A stretch of DNA of 63,570 bases, filler included, from Octopus bimaculoides (taxonomy: Eukaryota), in assembly GCF_001194135.2 (NCBI RefSeq). It is 5 parts of 4 records of this genome, joined end to end, with 100 filler letters (N's around TTAATTAATTAA, not from the genome) between each part and the next. Parts side by side here need not be neighbours in the genome. Positions count along the whole stretch, not along the records: positions 1 to 18,523 come from NC_069004.1; 4 more parts are not named here. One strand, 5' to 3'. Position 1 is the stretch's first letter, and each line of letters opens with the position of its first letter. Position numbers and translations under genes: made by a program. This document shows, in pieces, positions 1 through 10,194 of the stretch. Below the pieces are notes generated by a model. The model was not told the origin of the DNA. It worked only from the letters and a program-made list of their open reading frames with translations, and searched no databases.

Positions 1-517
1 ACAAGTCCCACCAACGAAATCTATTTTTCTCAACGATATGTCTAATCTTTTGGATAGTTATAGACAAACGGCCAGAGGGAAAAAGAAAATTACAATCAGT
101 GACTATGCGAGACAACTTCACTCTGCTCTCTCACCGTCACTAGCTCAGCTCATTTTCTTCTTACAACAGCACTCCATCTCTATCTGTAATTACTTCTACA
201 CAATGACGAGAACACAAACACAAACTACACAAGGAAAATCTTCGACATCCATCTTTACTCTGCATGCTTTACGATTTTATCACCTGCCCGTCGAGGCAAG
301 GCATTTTTACAATGTAACGGTAAAATAAATATTTTCTTTACAAATTCAATCATCGTTCTTTCATCTTTACATAATGGCAATCAATGAAGAACCAATCCTT
401 ATAAACTGATTACGACTCCGACGTTCCATACTAATGTTTACAAATTAATTCCAACCGTTGCAAAAAACTAAATTCCAACCGTTACATGTGTGGTGTGGTG
501 GGGTTAATAGGAAGGAT

Positions 518-599
518 TATCAAAACTGAAACTCAGGGTTTCAGCGCGAGTGGCATGAAACTTGTGTCGCGAGACAAACTCTCGGTTTCAGTTTTAATA
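518..599. mobile_element. Short inverted-repeat element (MITE-like)
   Basis: TATCAAAACTGAAACTCAG at 518 is an imperfect inverted match to CTCGGTTTCAGTTTTAATA ending 599; inner arms also partly complementary; TA at both edges. Confidence 0.45.
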
Positions 600-613
600 T
601 AAAGATAAAAAGA

Positions 614-855
614 TAGAGCGACGAGCTGGCAGAATCGTTAGCACGCGGGACAAAATGCTTCTCGGTATTTCGTCTGCCATTATGTTCTGAGTTCAAATTC
701 CGCCGAGGTCGACTTTGCCTTTCATCCTTTCGGGGTCGATAAATTAAGTACCAGTTACGTACTGGGGTCGATATAATCGACTTAATCCGTTTGTCTGTCC
801 TTGTTTGTCCCCTCTTTGTGTAGCCCCTTGTGGGCAGTAAAGAAATAGGTATTTC
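614..855 (+). mobile_element. tRNA-derived SINE family A
   Basis: A-box-like GAGCTGGCAGAATCGTTAGC, B-box-like TGAGTTCAAATTCC, body GAGGTCGACTTTGCCTTTCATCCTTTCGGGGTCGATAAA; many homologous copies in the window. Confidence 0.85.
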
Positions 856-944
856 GTCTGCGTGAGATTACTGGTCGGACGTGTTATTACTCGCTGCGAT
901 TTTTTTGAGTATAACGCCACTATTGTTTGGTGGACGTTGCTGAG

Positions 945-1876
945 ATGGAGAAAATGAAGACGTATGCAGCAGCGACAAGGAGTCGAGCCTCCGTCGTCCC
1001 AGGCCTGCTGAAGCAATGTGAAATNNNNNNNNNNNNNNNNNNNNNNNNNNNNNNNNNNNNNNNNNNNNNNNNNNNNNNNNNNNNNNNNNNNNNNNNNNNN
1101 NNNNNNNNNNNNNNNNNNNNNNNNNNNNNNNNNNNNNNNNNNNNNNNNNNNNNNNNNNNNNNNNNNNNNNNNNNNNNNNNNNNNNNNNNNNNNNNNNNNN
1201 NNNNNNNNNNNNNNNNNNNNNNNNNNNNNNNNNNNNNNNNNNNNNNNNNNNNNNNNNNNNNNNNNNNNNNNNNNNNNNNNNNNNNNNNNNNNNNNNNNNN
1301 NNNNNNNNNNNNNNNNNNNNNNNNNNNNNNNNNNNNNNNNNNNNNNNNNNNNNNNNNNNNNNNNNNNNNNNNNNNNNNNNNNNNNNNNNNNNNNNNNNNN
1401 NNNNNNNNNNNNNNNNNNNNNNNNNNNNNNNNNNNNNNNNNNNNNNNNNNNNNNNNNNNNNNNNNNNNNNNNNNNNNNNNNNNNNNGGAAATTGGATGCT
1501 CTTTCCCAATAAGTTGAGTAGACGTCCAACGTGGATTAGAGTGGGTAGGATCCCACCGAAAATAGAGTTGGAATGGGTAATGGCAGCAGTTTTTCCTGAA
1601 AGAGAAGGAGAAGATGTAAGGATAATTATGATAAGCAGAACCCAACATATAAATTGCTGGGGGTATGGATTGAATGTGCTTTTTATAGCAAGTCAGAAAG
1701 TTTATAGTGACATACCGGAGACACTGGAGCTGCCTAACGAGGACAAACTGGACATAATGTTGGAGAGGAGACCTCCAAAGTGCTACGAATGTGGCAAAAG
1801 AGGTCACATTAGAAGAAGGTGCCCAGAAATAGTGGAAAACAAAGAAATGGAAACGCAAGAAGGCGTGAGAGGATAG
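945..1876 (+). mobile_element. Retroelement ORF1/gag-like ORF with CX2CX4HX4C zinc knuckle, interrupted by N gap 1025-1486
   Basis: N-terminus MEKMKTYAAATRS before the gap; after the gap RRPPKCYECGKRGHIRRRCPEIV (CCHC knuckle) followed by a K/E/S-rich tail that decays by stops and frameshift to about 2200. No RT domain follows. Joining across the gap is inferred. Confidence 0.7.
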
Positions 1877-2293
1877 GAAACAGTCACAGGAAGAGGAGCA
1901 GAGAGCTGATTTTGAAGAAGCTAAATCAAGGAAGAGCTCATCGCCGAAAGTCGAACAAGGGAAAAAATGCAAATCACAGGATCAAGTGGGATCACTGAGG
2001 AAAGAAGATAATAGCAGCAGAACAATACTACAGAACCATACAGTCTCACAATCGCACAGACAGACAGATACATAGATGCATAAACACACAGACATACATA
2101 CACTCGGAAGCAAAGAAGATAGCGCAGAGTTTCAGAAACCTAAAAGCACAGAACCTGAAAACACAGACACACAAACACAACANNNNNNNNNNACACACAC
2201 ACACACACACAAGCTTACTAATATACATACATTCATATATGAACACAATGGACAAACATACATACATAGAAAGTATAACTGTATGTATGTATG

Positions 2294-2345
2294 TGTGTCC
2301 TGCCTTATCTTCGAAACGTAAAGTTAGAATAGAGGCAGCTGATGA
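2294..2345 (+). ncRNA. Candidate hammerhead ribozyme with non-canonical strand order, copy 1
   Basis: GUC 2297-2299; stem I CUGCCUU 2300-2306 / GAGGCAG 2332-2338; GAAA 2313-2316 with stem III ACGUA / UGUGU (two G-U pairs); CUGAUGA 2339-2345. Stem II partner not evident in this copy. Confidence 0.5.
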
Positions 2346-2562
2346 ATAATTCCAAGTGACTTTCTGTTTTCCTATGTGTTCGTTCCGTTGTCTGTAGTTC
2401 ATTGTTCTAACGTCCTGTACCCTGATATGCATCTATATACACATGTAGATGAAAGTATATACATATATGTGTGTATACATGCATATATATGTTTTGTATT
2501 ATATATATATATGTAGATGAAAGTATATACATATGTGTGTATACATGCATATATATGTTTTG

Positions 2563-2594
<32 letters not shown>

Positions 2595-2769
2595 NNNNNN
2601 NNNNAAAGAACTATCGAAGACTGTGAAAGGAACTATTAAGAACTGTTGAAATAATTGAAATAACGCGGACGCCCAGGGGTGGGGCTGGGGTGGCCGTCCC
2701 ATCATCATTGTTTAATTTCATTGTTCCATTCTATCATGTGTTAATTGTCTACGCATGTGTGTATTGTTC

Positions 2770-2960
2770 CATCTGTGTTTAGCCCCTTGTGGGTAATAAA
2801 GAAATTGGTATTTCGCCTGTCTTTATGTTCTGAGTTCAAATTCCGTCTAGGTCGACTTTGCCATTCATCCTTTAGGGGTTGATAAATTAAGTACCAGCTG
2901 AAAAGTTGGGTCAATGTAATCGACTTACCCTTGACCTCGTAATTGTGGGCTTTGTAACAA
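2770..2960 (+). mobile_element. SINE family A, partial
   Basis: TTCTGAGTTCAAATTCCGTCTAGGTCGACTTTGCCATTCATCC...GATAAATTAAGTACCAG matches the copy at 614. Confidence 0.8.
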
Positions 2961-3156
2961 AAAATTTGAAGCCAATATAAAAATAGATAGATTATTGGAG
3001 CGAGTTGAGAGAGAGTGGGACAGCTGAGTTTGCTTCCCTCCACCCCTGTTCCTTGGAATAGCTCAAAAATATGGAATTACTCTCGAGGCTGCTGTTTCAA
3101 GCTCTAATAAATAGACAAACTACTAAAAAAAAAGGAAGTCGCTTTCACAGCTCAGC

Positions 3157-4290
3157 ATGGTTGAACGATTAACGTTACACATAGTGAATTTTATTTCTTG
3201 GATTTTCCAACTGATTTTATTTTCTTCGTCGGTCGCTTTGTTAATCTACTCTGTCACTAACGATGTCTGTGTATGTTCAGATGTAAGTTTGTTATGTGAT
3301 CTAGACAGACCAGATATCTACTACAATTGCTCTGCGGCAGGCAATCGACCAACTTTAGAAATTTGTCCGTCTGGGCAGCGATTCGATGTCTTTCGTGGAG
3401 TCTGCCTTCCAAGTGATGTTGTCGAATGTTTGAAAGGAAAAGAGCTTCGTAAAAATTTTTATTTTCCAAATAAGTGTCGTTTTAATTTTTCTTCGTCATT
3501 ATCGACTTCATTTACAGGACACTTGCAGAATGAGTGTTCCACAACTGCCACGGATGGTCATAATTTATCTACTGCTGCTGACGAAAGACCATCTAAACCT
3601 CTGTCAAAGAAAATATTGAAAAAGGTATCGTCCGCAGACGGCGATGTGTCTGTCAATCTTGTGAACTCCTCATACAACTTGTCCGTACAGAATGATGACC
3701 TGTCGTCTCAGATAATCTCTGCGGAGTTAAAATTGAAGGAAACTGCCACAGTCTCTCAACTTCTTCCCGTTAATAACCGGGCAAACACGACTAAGGAACT
3801 GGCAATATTTACCAGTCGTGCTACGCCTACGTTGAAGTCGTTTACAAGAGAAAACCTACCAACAGAGAAGTCTCCCACTCACGTTACTCTAGTAGAATCA
3901 GTTCAACATCAATTAAATTCTAAAGTCGTATCGAACTTGAGCCCCACCGAAGAAAACGGAGAGAAACGAAATCGAACTCTGTTTGGACCGTTGAATAATA
4001 GAACTGTTACTGCAAGCACTGGGACACCTCTATGGAAAGAGTTCACTCTCCAGTCTCGTCAGCAGCGAGATAATCTTGTGCAGCTGTGTAAACAAGGGTC
4101 GACATTTCTCTGCGATTCTTCGAACCGGTCAGTATTCTACCGTTGCTTTAACAATCGGCCTTATCGCTATATTTGTCCAAAGCCATTACTCTTTGATTCC
4201 AATATCAAAGAATGTAGTCGCAATCAGAATGCGGTCTGCTTCCCGTCCATGGATTGGCGCCATTTAGCGTTTGGAAAAATAAGTCATTAA
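3157..4290 (+). CDS. Single-exon 377-aa protein: hydrophobic N-terminus, two chitin-binding type-2 (peritrophin-A/CBM14) domains, S/T-rich mucin-like linker
   Basis: Longest clean ORF; start context cagcATGG; hydrophobic aa 9-33; domain 1 (3268-3429) YYNC...CPSGQRFDVFRGVC...VVEC; domain 2 (4087-4239) FYRC...CPKPLLFDSNIKEC...AVC, both matching the C-P-x-G/P-x-x-F-D-x5-C-x7-C signature; candidate AATAAA signals near 4744 and 5242. Confidence 0.92.
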   Translation: MVERLTLHIVNFISWIFQLILFSSSVALLIYSVTNDVCVCSDVSLLCDLDRPDIYYNCSAAGNRPTLEICPSGQRFDVFRGVCLPSDVVECLKGKELRKNFYFPNKCRFNFSSSLSTSFTGHLQNECSTTATDGHNLSTAADERPSKPLSKKILKKVSSADGDVSVNLVNSSYNLSVQNDDLSSQIISAELKLKETATVSQLLPVNNRANTTKELAIFTSRATPTLKSFTRENLPTEKSPTHVTLVESVQHQLNSKVVSNLSPTEENGEKRNRTLFGPLNNRTVTASTGTPLWKEFTLQSRQQRDNLVQLCKQGSTFLCDSSNRSVFYRCFNNRPYRYICPKPLLFDSNIKECSRNQNAVCFPSMDWRHLAFGKISH

Positions 4291-5379
4291 TTAAAAACTT
4301 GATTAACCCGAAGAAGATTTGTATAACCTTGTACAATGAAAATGGACATCCCTCCTCTAAGAAGCTAATTTGTTTTGTAGCCATTACTATTTGTTATGAC
4401 ATCGAAATCTCTTTACAGCCGTTGTTATGTTGATTATTTCGATACTATAAAAATATTTCGAAACTAAAAAAAAAAATTGGGGATTTAATGTTTGCTAATT
4501 CAGCCCAGTGCTTTTAAGATTGAGCTTTTGTTAATCTGTTAAATCTCTTAAACCATTTTTGTTATTTTCTTGTTCTAGTTCTTATCACTTGAATTTTAAA
4601 TCAATCGAATGAATTTGCTGAAATATTCACTTATTTACTTGACCATCTCGTAACCGTTACATTTCCAGATGACATCAGCCATAGTTTCTTTGAGCACGCA
4701 TGCGCATTCACTTTTAATGAATTCTTGTTTGAAAGAAAATAATAAACCAAGAAAAGTTGTGGGTGTAAATATTCACACTATTCTAAAATTTCAAATTAGT
4801 TTAGTCTTAATGTTTCTGTAATTACTTGTTAATAAGCAAAAAATATAAATTCTTGTATTTGTTCCGCTTCAACTTCGGTGATAGTGTTCGTAGAATCGGT
4901 AATATTCTACAAAACAACCGAAATCATTTCTATTCTCGATTGGACCTCTTTTTTTTTGTTTTTTGTTTTTTTGTTTAAATTCTTGCTTAATTTCCTTGGT
5001 AACAGCATGAATGTCACAGTCACTATCTTAAACCCCTTAAGCTGTAGTATCCACTTAAGAATTGGTCTTTCTTTTACACCACCCCAAACGTCGTTAAATC
5101 TAGACGTTCACCTTCAAGAATCGACAGCCCCCTTCTGAAGAGTTTGCTCCCTCGGGACATAAATGGAGAGATTTCTTTCCTCACTCCTTGAATTCCTAAA
5201 AATTCATTTACTTAAGCGTTTTAATTAGTAAGTTTATCTCAAATAAAAGGCACTTATATTCAGTTATTTCCACAAATACAGATGAAGATAAACATCAGAT
5301 GTTTTTGTCCCACTGCAGAAGCAACACAAATATATTACAAGCTCATATGAAATCATCGCAATGTTGGAAATCCCCCCTC

Positions 5380-5760
5380 ATCGTCAGCAAGTACCTTAAG
5401 GCCACAAGCTTTCACCCCTTAGCCTGTAGACTTCGCCTGAGTAGAGGACGAAGACTGCATTAGAAAGGTTCCACCTGTGGTCTCTTCTCAACCAGTCACT
5501 TTCAGCTGCCAGGCTTATCTCTTTGAAGGCTTTCTTCGGTTATATCGGCTCCAGACCAATCTTCTGCTGAAAATAGCTCACCGATACAGCTGGAAAGCCA
5601 CAGTAGTCTACTTCAACAGGAGACTAGGCTGCGTGCCATCCCTTGACAAGGCCCACGTTGACGAAGTCCTAATATTTGGTTTTCTTTAGCTGGTGAGAAG
5701 TGTCGAGTCTGTCCTGCCAGGGCAATGGAAGGTCAACCACGGTGATTATTTGTGCATGGC
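5380..5760 (-). mobile_element. Degenerate 3' fragment of an RLE-type non-LTR retrotransposon (Hero/NeSL-like restriction-like endonuclease domain)
   Basis: Minus-strand translation VVDLPLPWQDRLDTSHQLKKTKY*DFVNVGLVKGWHAA*SPVEVDYCGFP resembles the RLE consensus ELTVPWE...HERKK.KY..L......GW.....PVEVGCRGF; in-frame stops. Confidence 0.7.
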
Positions 5761-6837
5761 ACAATATAACAATTTCTGTGCGCATGTGCAGCAAAGAAAG
5801 TGTAGGCGACAAACATCAACTTTTCCAGTGCATAAGCGGTCCCTTGTTTTATCAACTCTGAATGATGAAAGGGATCTTTTTTAAAACGGGGGCCACATTT
5901 TTCATTAACGAAAGACTTTGAAACTTGGAACACTGGTAGAATGTGTCATATAAAACATCTTTTTCTCTTAGTCTTCTTAAAAAAAAAAAAAAAGAAATCC
6001 ATAACTTATTCCATGTTAAAGTTATCGTATTTCTGTAATTTCAACCAATCACTGACGTCCATTCAGCCGATATACATTAAGTGCCGACTACATAAACAAA
6101 CGATTCTGAAACAATTAACCCTAACCCTATGGTTAAGGTTAGGGTTAAAGCAAATTTAAAATGAAAAAAGCAAATAAAACGAAGGTATGGNNNNNNNNNN
6201 NNNNNNNNNNNNNNNNNNNNNNNNNNNNNNNNNNNNNNNNNNNNNNNNNNNNNNNNNNNNNNNNNNNNNNNNNNNNNNNNNNNNNNNNNNNNNNNNNNNN
6301 NNNNNNNNNNNNNNNNNNNNNNNNNNNNNNNNNNNNNNNNNNNNNNNNNNNNNNNNNNNNNNNNNNNNNNNNNNNNNNNNNNNNNNNNNNNNNNNNNNNN
6401 NNNNNNNNNNNNNNNNNNNNNNNNNNNNNNNNNNNNNNNNNNNNNNNNNNNNNNNNNNNNNNNNNNNNNNNNNNNNNNNNNNNNNNNNNNNNNNNNNNNN
6501 NNNNNNNNNNNNNNNNNNNNNNNNNNNNNNNNNNNNNNNNNNNNNNNNNNNNNNNNNNNNNNNNNNNNNNNNNNNNNNNNNNNNNNNNNNNNNNNNNNNN
6601 NNNNNNNNNNNNNNNNNNNNNNNNNNNNNNNNNNNNNNNNNNNNNNNNNNNNNNNNNNNNNNNNNNNNNNNNNNNNNNNNNNNNNNNNNNNNNNNNNNNN
6701 NNNNNNNNNNNNNNNNNNNNNNNNNNNNNNNNNNNNNNNNNNNNNNNNNNNNNNNNNNNNNNNNNNNNNNNNNNNNNNNNNNNNNNNNNNNNNNNNNNNN
6801 NNNNNNNNNNNNNNNNNNNNNNNNNNNNNNNNNNNNN

Positions 6838-7630
6838 NACGGCGAGCCAGCAGAACGATTTCGTTCATCTTCACGTTCTGAGTTCAAATTCCGCCGAGGC
6901 TCACTTGTCCTCTCATTCCTTTTGGGGTCAATAAAATAAGTACCAGTTGAGTACTGAAGTCGATGTAATCGACTTAACCCCTTCCCCGAAATTGCTGGTG
7001 TTGTGCTAAAATTTGAAAAGTAGTAAGACGGTGAGCTGGCGGAACAGTTAGCACGCCGGGCAAAAATGTTTAGCGGTATTTCGTCCGTCTTTACGTTTTG
7101 AGTTCAAATTGTGCCGAGGTCGACTGAAACCAATATTGAGAACTGGTACGGGTGGCGGGAGTGGATTTTCAGAATCATTAAAGTTTCGTACAAAATGCAT
7201 TAGTGATAGGGGAGGTGGCATTTAGTTATGGCACTTAACGTTCTGAGTTAAAATCCTGAGGATAATATCGTTGCTTTTGTCCTTTCGGAGTCAATAAAAT
7301 AACATGCAGCAAACTTCCAAAATAACGGCAACTTCGTGTCCAAGATGCCGTAATAGTGAATTATTTAATCTATTTTTATTAAAGTAAATAATAGCAGTGA
7401 AAATAGTAAATATGTCACAGATAAAATATAATTAATTTAGGGTGGCAAGCTGACAGAATGCTCAGCACAACAGGCAAAAAAGATTAGCGGCATTTCGAAT
7501 GCCATTATGTTACGAGTTCAAATTCAGCCGAGATCGGTTTTACCTTTCATCCTTTCGAGGTCGATAAATGAAGTACTAGCTGAGTAAAGAGGTTGATGTA
7601 AGCGGCCTGGCTACTCCTGCAAAATTTCAG
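6838..7630 (+). mobile_element. Cluster of four head-to-tail SINE family A copies
   Basis: Repeated GAGC/GGCAAGCTG...AGAA heads and GAGTT(C/A)AAAT B-boxes at about 6880, 7100, 7246 and 7514. Confidence 0.85.
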
Positions 7631-7644
7631 GCTTTGTGCCTCTT

Positions 7645-8057
7645 CCACATCATTCGTTCGAGAGGTCGACGGTCGCTTTGAACGAGGTTAGTCTTCAAGC
7701 GACAAATGACCATTCCTAAAGCATGGAAACCACTCGTAAATTTGTGTTTTGCTCATGGCAGCATCCTTGTAAGCTGTTTGAAGCATGACAACTGTTTCGG
7801 CCGCCGTTTTCCCCCAACAGAAAACAGAATCTCACGGAAGCACGCTGTTCCTTCGTTTTAACGATCGGAAAAATAGACGAACAGGGGAGAAGCACTGCAA
7901 AACAAAGACGCATCACGTGACAGTACAAATGCACACGACGCCGGTCGACAGACTGATGCCTGAGGATTGCATCTAGTGGCTTCTAGTGGCGGAAGCCTGA
8001 ACTACAACGGGCTTGTCCCACAGAGAACGTTTCCTGTTACTTTCGGAGATCCTCTCG
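7645..8057 (-). mobile_element. mariner transposon 5' half (TIR, 5' UTR, HTH region), decayed
   Basis: Minus-strand EQRASVRFCFLLG / KTAAETVVMLQTAYKDAAMSKTQIYEWFPCFRNGHLSLED*PRSKRPSTSRT is the mariner N-terminal HTH; end TA-CGAGAGGATCTCCGAAAGT with TA at 8058-8059. Confidence 0.88.
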
Positions 8058-8395
8058 TAGATACAGATCAATACATATGCATTACATATACACATAGATT
8101 AATGTACACATCACATTTACGCATAGATAAACATACATCTATCAAAATGTACACATATCACGTGTAGATATACATTAACCCGTCGCTTGGCCAAAGAATT
8201 TACACAATTTTCTCCTAAACGTCCATGCTTGTTTTCAACCTTTTCGTTAACCCTTGTTTGATACATTCTGAGTTTTATAAAGCTTTCCTTTCCTAAGTCC
8301 GACGTTACTTTTGTGGTTGGAAAAATATCAGGATTGTGTAACATATATTATGCACGGACACCTGGGAAGTATATCCTGTGTATATCAGATGTACT

Positions 8396-8735
8396 GTGGA
8401 TGTCATAGGATCGCGGTTTCGATTCCCAGACCGGGCGTTGTGAGTGTTTATTGAGTGAAAACACCTAAAGCTCCACGAGGCTCCGGCAGGGGATGGTGGC
8501 AAACCCTGCTGTATTCTTTCACCACAACTTTCTCTCACTCTTACTTCCTGTTTCTGTTGTGCCTGTAATTTAAAAGGATCAGCCTTGTCACGCTGAATAT
8601 CCCCGAGAACTACGTTAAGGGTACACGTGTCTGTGGAGTGCTCAGCCACTTGCACGTTAATTTCACGAGCAGGCTGTTCCGTTGATCGGATCAACTGGAA
8701 CCCACGACGTCGTAAGCGACGGAGTGCCAACAACA
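8396..8735 (+). mobile_element. tRNA-derived SINE family C, 5'-truncated, with 12-bp TSD
   Basis: Homologous to 30898-31288; (CAA)n tail; ATCAGATGTACT duplicated at 8384-8395 and 8736-8747. Confidence 0.92.
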
Positions 8736-9232
8736 ATCAGATGTACTACACAAGACAATGAGAGAGTTAAACTCTTGACTAACACATTTATTGTCTTCTA
8801 ACATTTGGTTGACGTAGTTATCTTTACTGATCTACCTCTTCCTCGTTTAACACCCGAAGGTTGCCACAGAAAACAAACCTTCAGCTACTCGCTTCTTTTT
8901 AAACCAGCAGAGACCAATAAACCTCAGCTTCTGTTTTCGTATTACTTCTCTGATATATGAGATATCTTCGAATAACTTACTGTTCGTCATGTGACGATAT
9001 ATTTAGAACAGCACGTATCACTCTGGTGTACGTGCCTTTTAGATTTTTCTTCATGTAAGTGCCCATGTTATCGAACCATAAACCAAAACTGCTTCCACTG
9101 CAGCTCTGAAGAAATCTATTTTAGTTTTTGCGCAGAGGATTAGATTTCCAGACATTAATAAATATATTAAATATACTAATAGATTTCCAATATTACTAAG
9201 TATATTAAATATCATTAATCATATCAAAAGAG

Positions 9233-9415
9233 AAGACAGCGAACTTGCAGACTCGTTAGCGTATTAAACAGATTGCTTAGAGACATTTCTTTAGGTTCTG
9301 AGTTCAAATTCCGCTGAGGCCGACTTCGCTTTCAAATTTTCGGAGTCCATAAAACTAGGAACGGTGTAATCGATTAGCCTCTCGCCGCAAAACTTTAGGT
9401 CTTGTGCCTATCGTG
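9233..9415 (+). mobile_element. SINE family A, diverged
   Basis: GAACTTGCAGACTCGTTAGC...TTCTGAGTTCAAATTCCGCTGAGGCCGACTT. Confidence 0.8.
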
Positions 9416-9575
9416 AAAAGAAATAATTATATTAAAAGACGTGGAATTGGGAGAGTCTTTGGGGCGTCGGATAGGATGTTGTGTAGTATTTGTTCCGATT
9501 CTCAACGCTCCGAGATCGAATCCTCTCAGTAGTCAACTTTGCTTTTCATCCCTGTGGGCAGTGTTTCTTCTAAGC

Positions 9576-9725
9576 CAATGCTCCCCAACCTTTTACCACT
9601 TGCGGTACACTTATATTCTTTTCAAATTTCGGCGGCACACCTGAACTAAAAATATAACTAAAAGTATAGGGGGAAAAATATATTCAGGTTACACTCCGGC
9701 ACACCATAATAGCTGCGGGGCATTG
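9576..9725. mobile_element. hAT-type MITE, 150 bp
   Basis: Imperfect TIRs CAATGCTCCCCAAC / GCTGCGGGGCATTG; 8-bp flanks TTCTAAGC (9568-9575) and TTTTAAGC (9726-9733), 7 of 8 identical. Confidence 0.75.
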
Positions 9726-10022
9726 TTTTAAGCTAATACGCTTGTTCTCGCGCGCGTGCACATATTTTACGATTTGCACACAAAAAAGTGAGGGGGGGGG
9801 GGNNNNNNNNNNCAAATTTCGGCGGCACACCTGAACTAAAAATATAACTAAAAGTATAGGGGGAAAAATATATTCAGGTTACACTCCGGCACACCATAAT
9901 AGCTGCGGGGCATTGTTTTAAGCTAATACGCTTGTTCTCGCGCGCGTGCACATATTTTACGATTTGCACACAAAAAAGTGAGGGGGGGGGGGAGAATGCG
10001 CATGAGATTTTTAAGATGAAAT

Positions 10023-10194
10023 CAGTGGCGTAGCTACAGTGTTTGCCACCCGAAGTAACCTTTGAGTTTTCCACCACCTCCCACAACCGCCGGGCCTCCA
10101 AGCTTATACAGACTTATACAGTAGAGCCAAATGTGCCTTCCTCTATAAAAGCGCCGCTTGAGGCAGACGGCTCCCTTCCCAAGCTACATCACTG
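10023..10194. mobile_element. hAT-type MITE, 172 bp
   Basis: TIRs CAGTGGCGTAGC / GCTACATCACTG; perfect 8-bp TSD GATGAAAT at 10015-10022 and 10195-10202. Confidence 0.88.

Noticed and set aside
38-328. 96-aa ORF at the window start
   Set aside because: No recognisable motif or splice context; compatible with chance or an unclassified repeat.
6117-6147. CCCTAACCCTA...TTAAGGTTAGGGTT telomere-like inverted motif
   Set aside because: Only about two units per side; a common small repeat end, not evidence of a telomere fusion.
7960-8010. Promoter-like motifs (GGCGGAAG, AACTACAA) in a GC-richer patch
   Set aside because: They lie in the 5' UTR of the mariner fragment 7645-8057.
8748-9110. Possible solo LTR next to the SINE C insertion
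   Set aside because: Only generic TATA- and polyA-like motifs; no defined ends or partner copy.
9623-9992. Exact 180-bp tandem duplication either side of a 10-N gap
   Set aside because: Identical copies both end in a poly-G run at a minimal gap, which is typical of unmerged overlapping contig ends.
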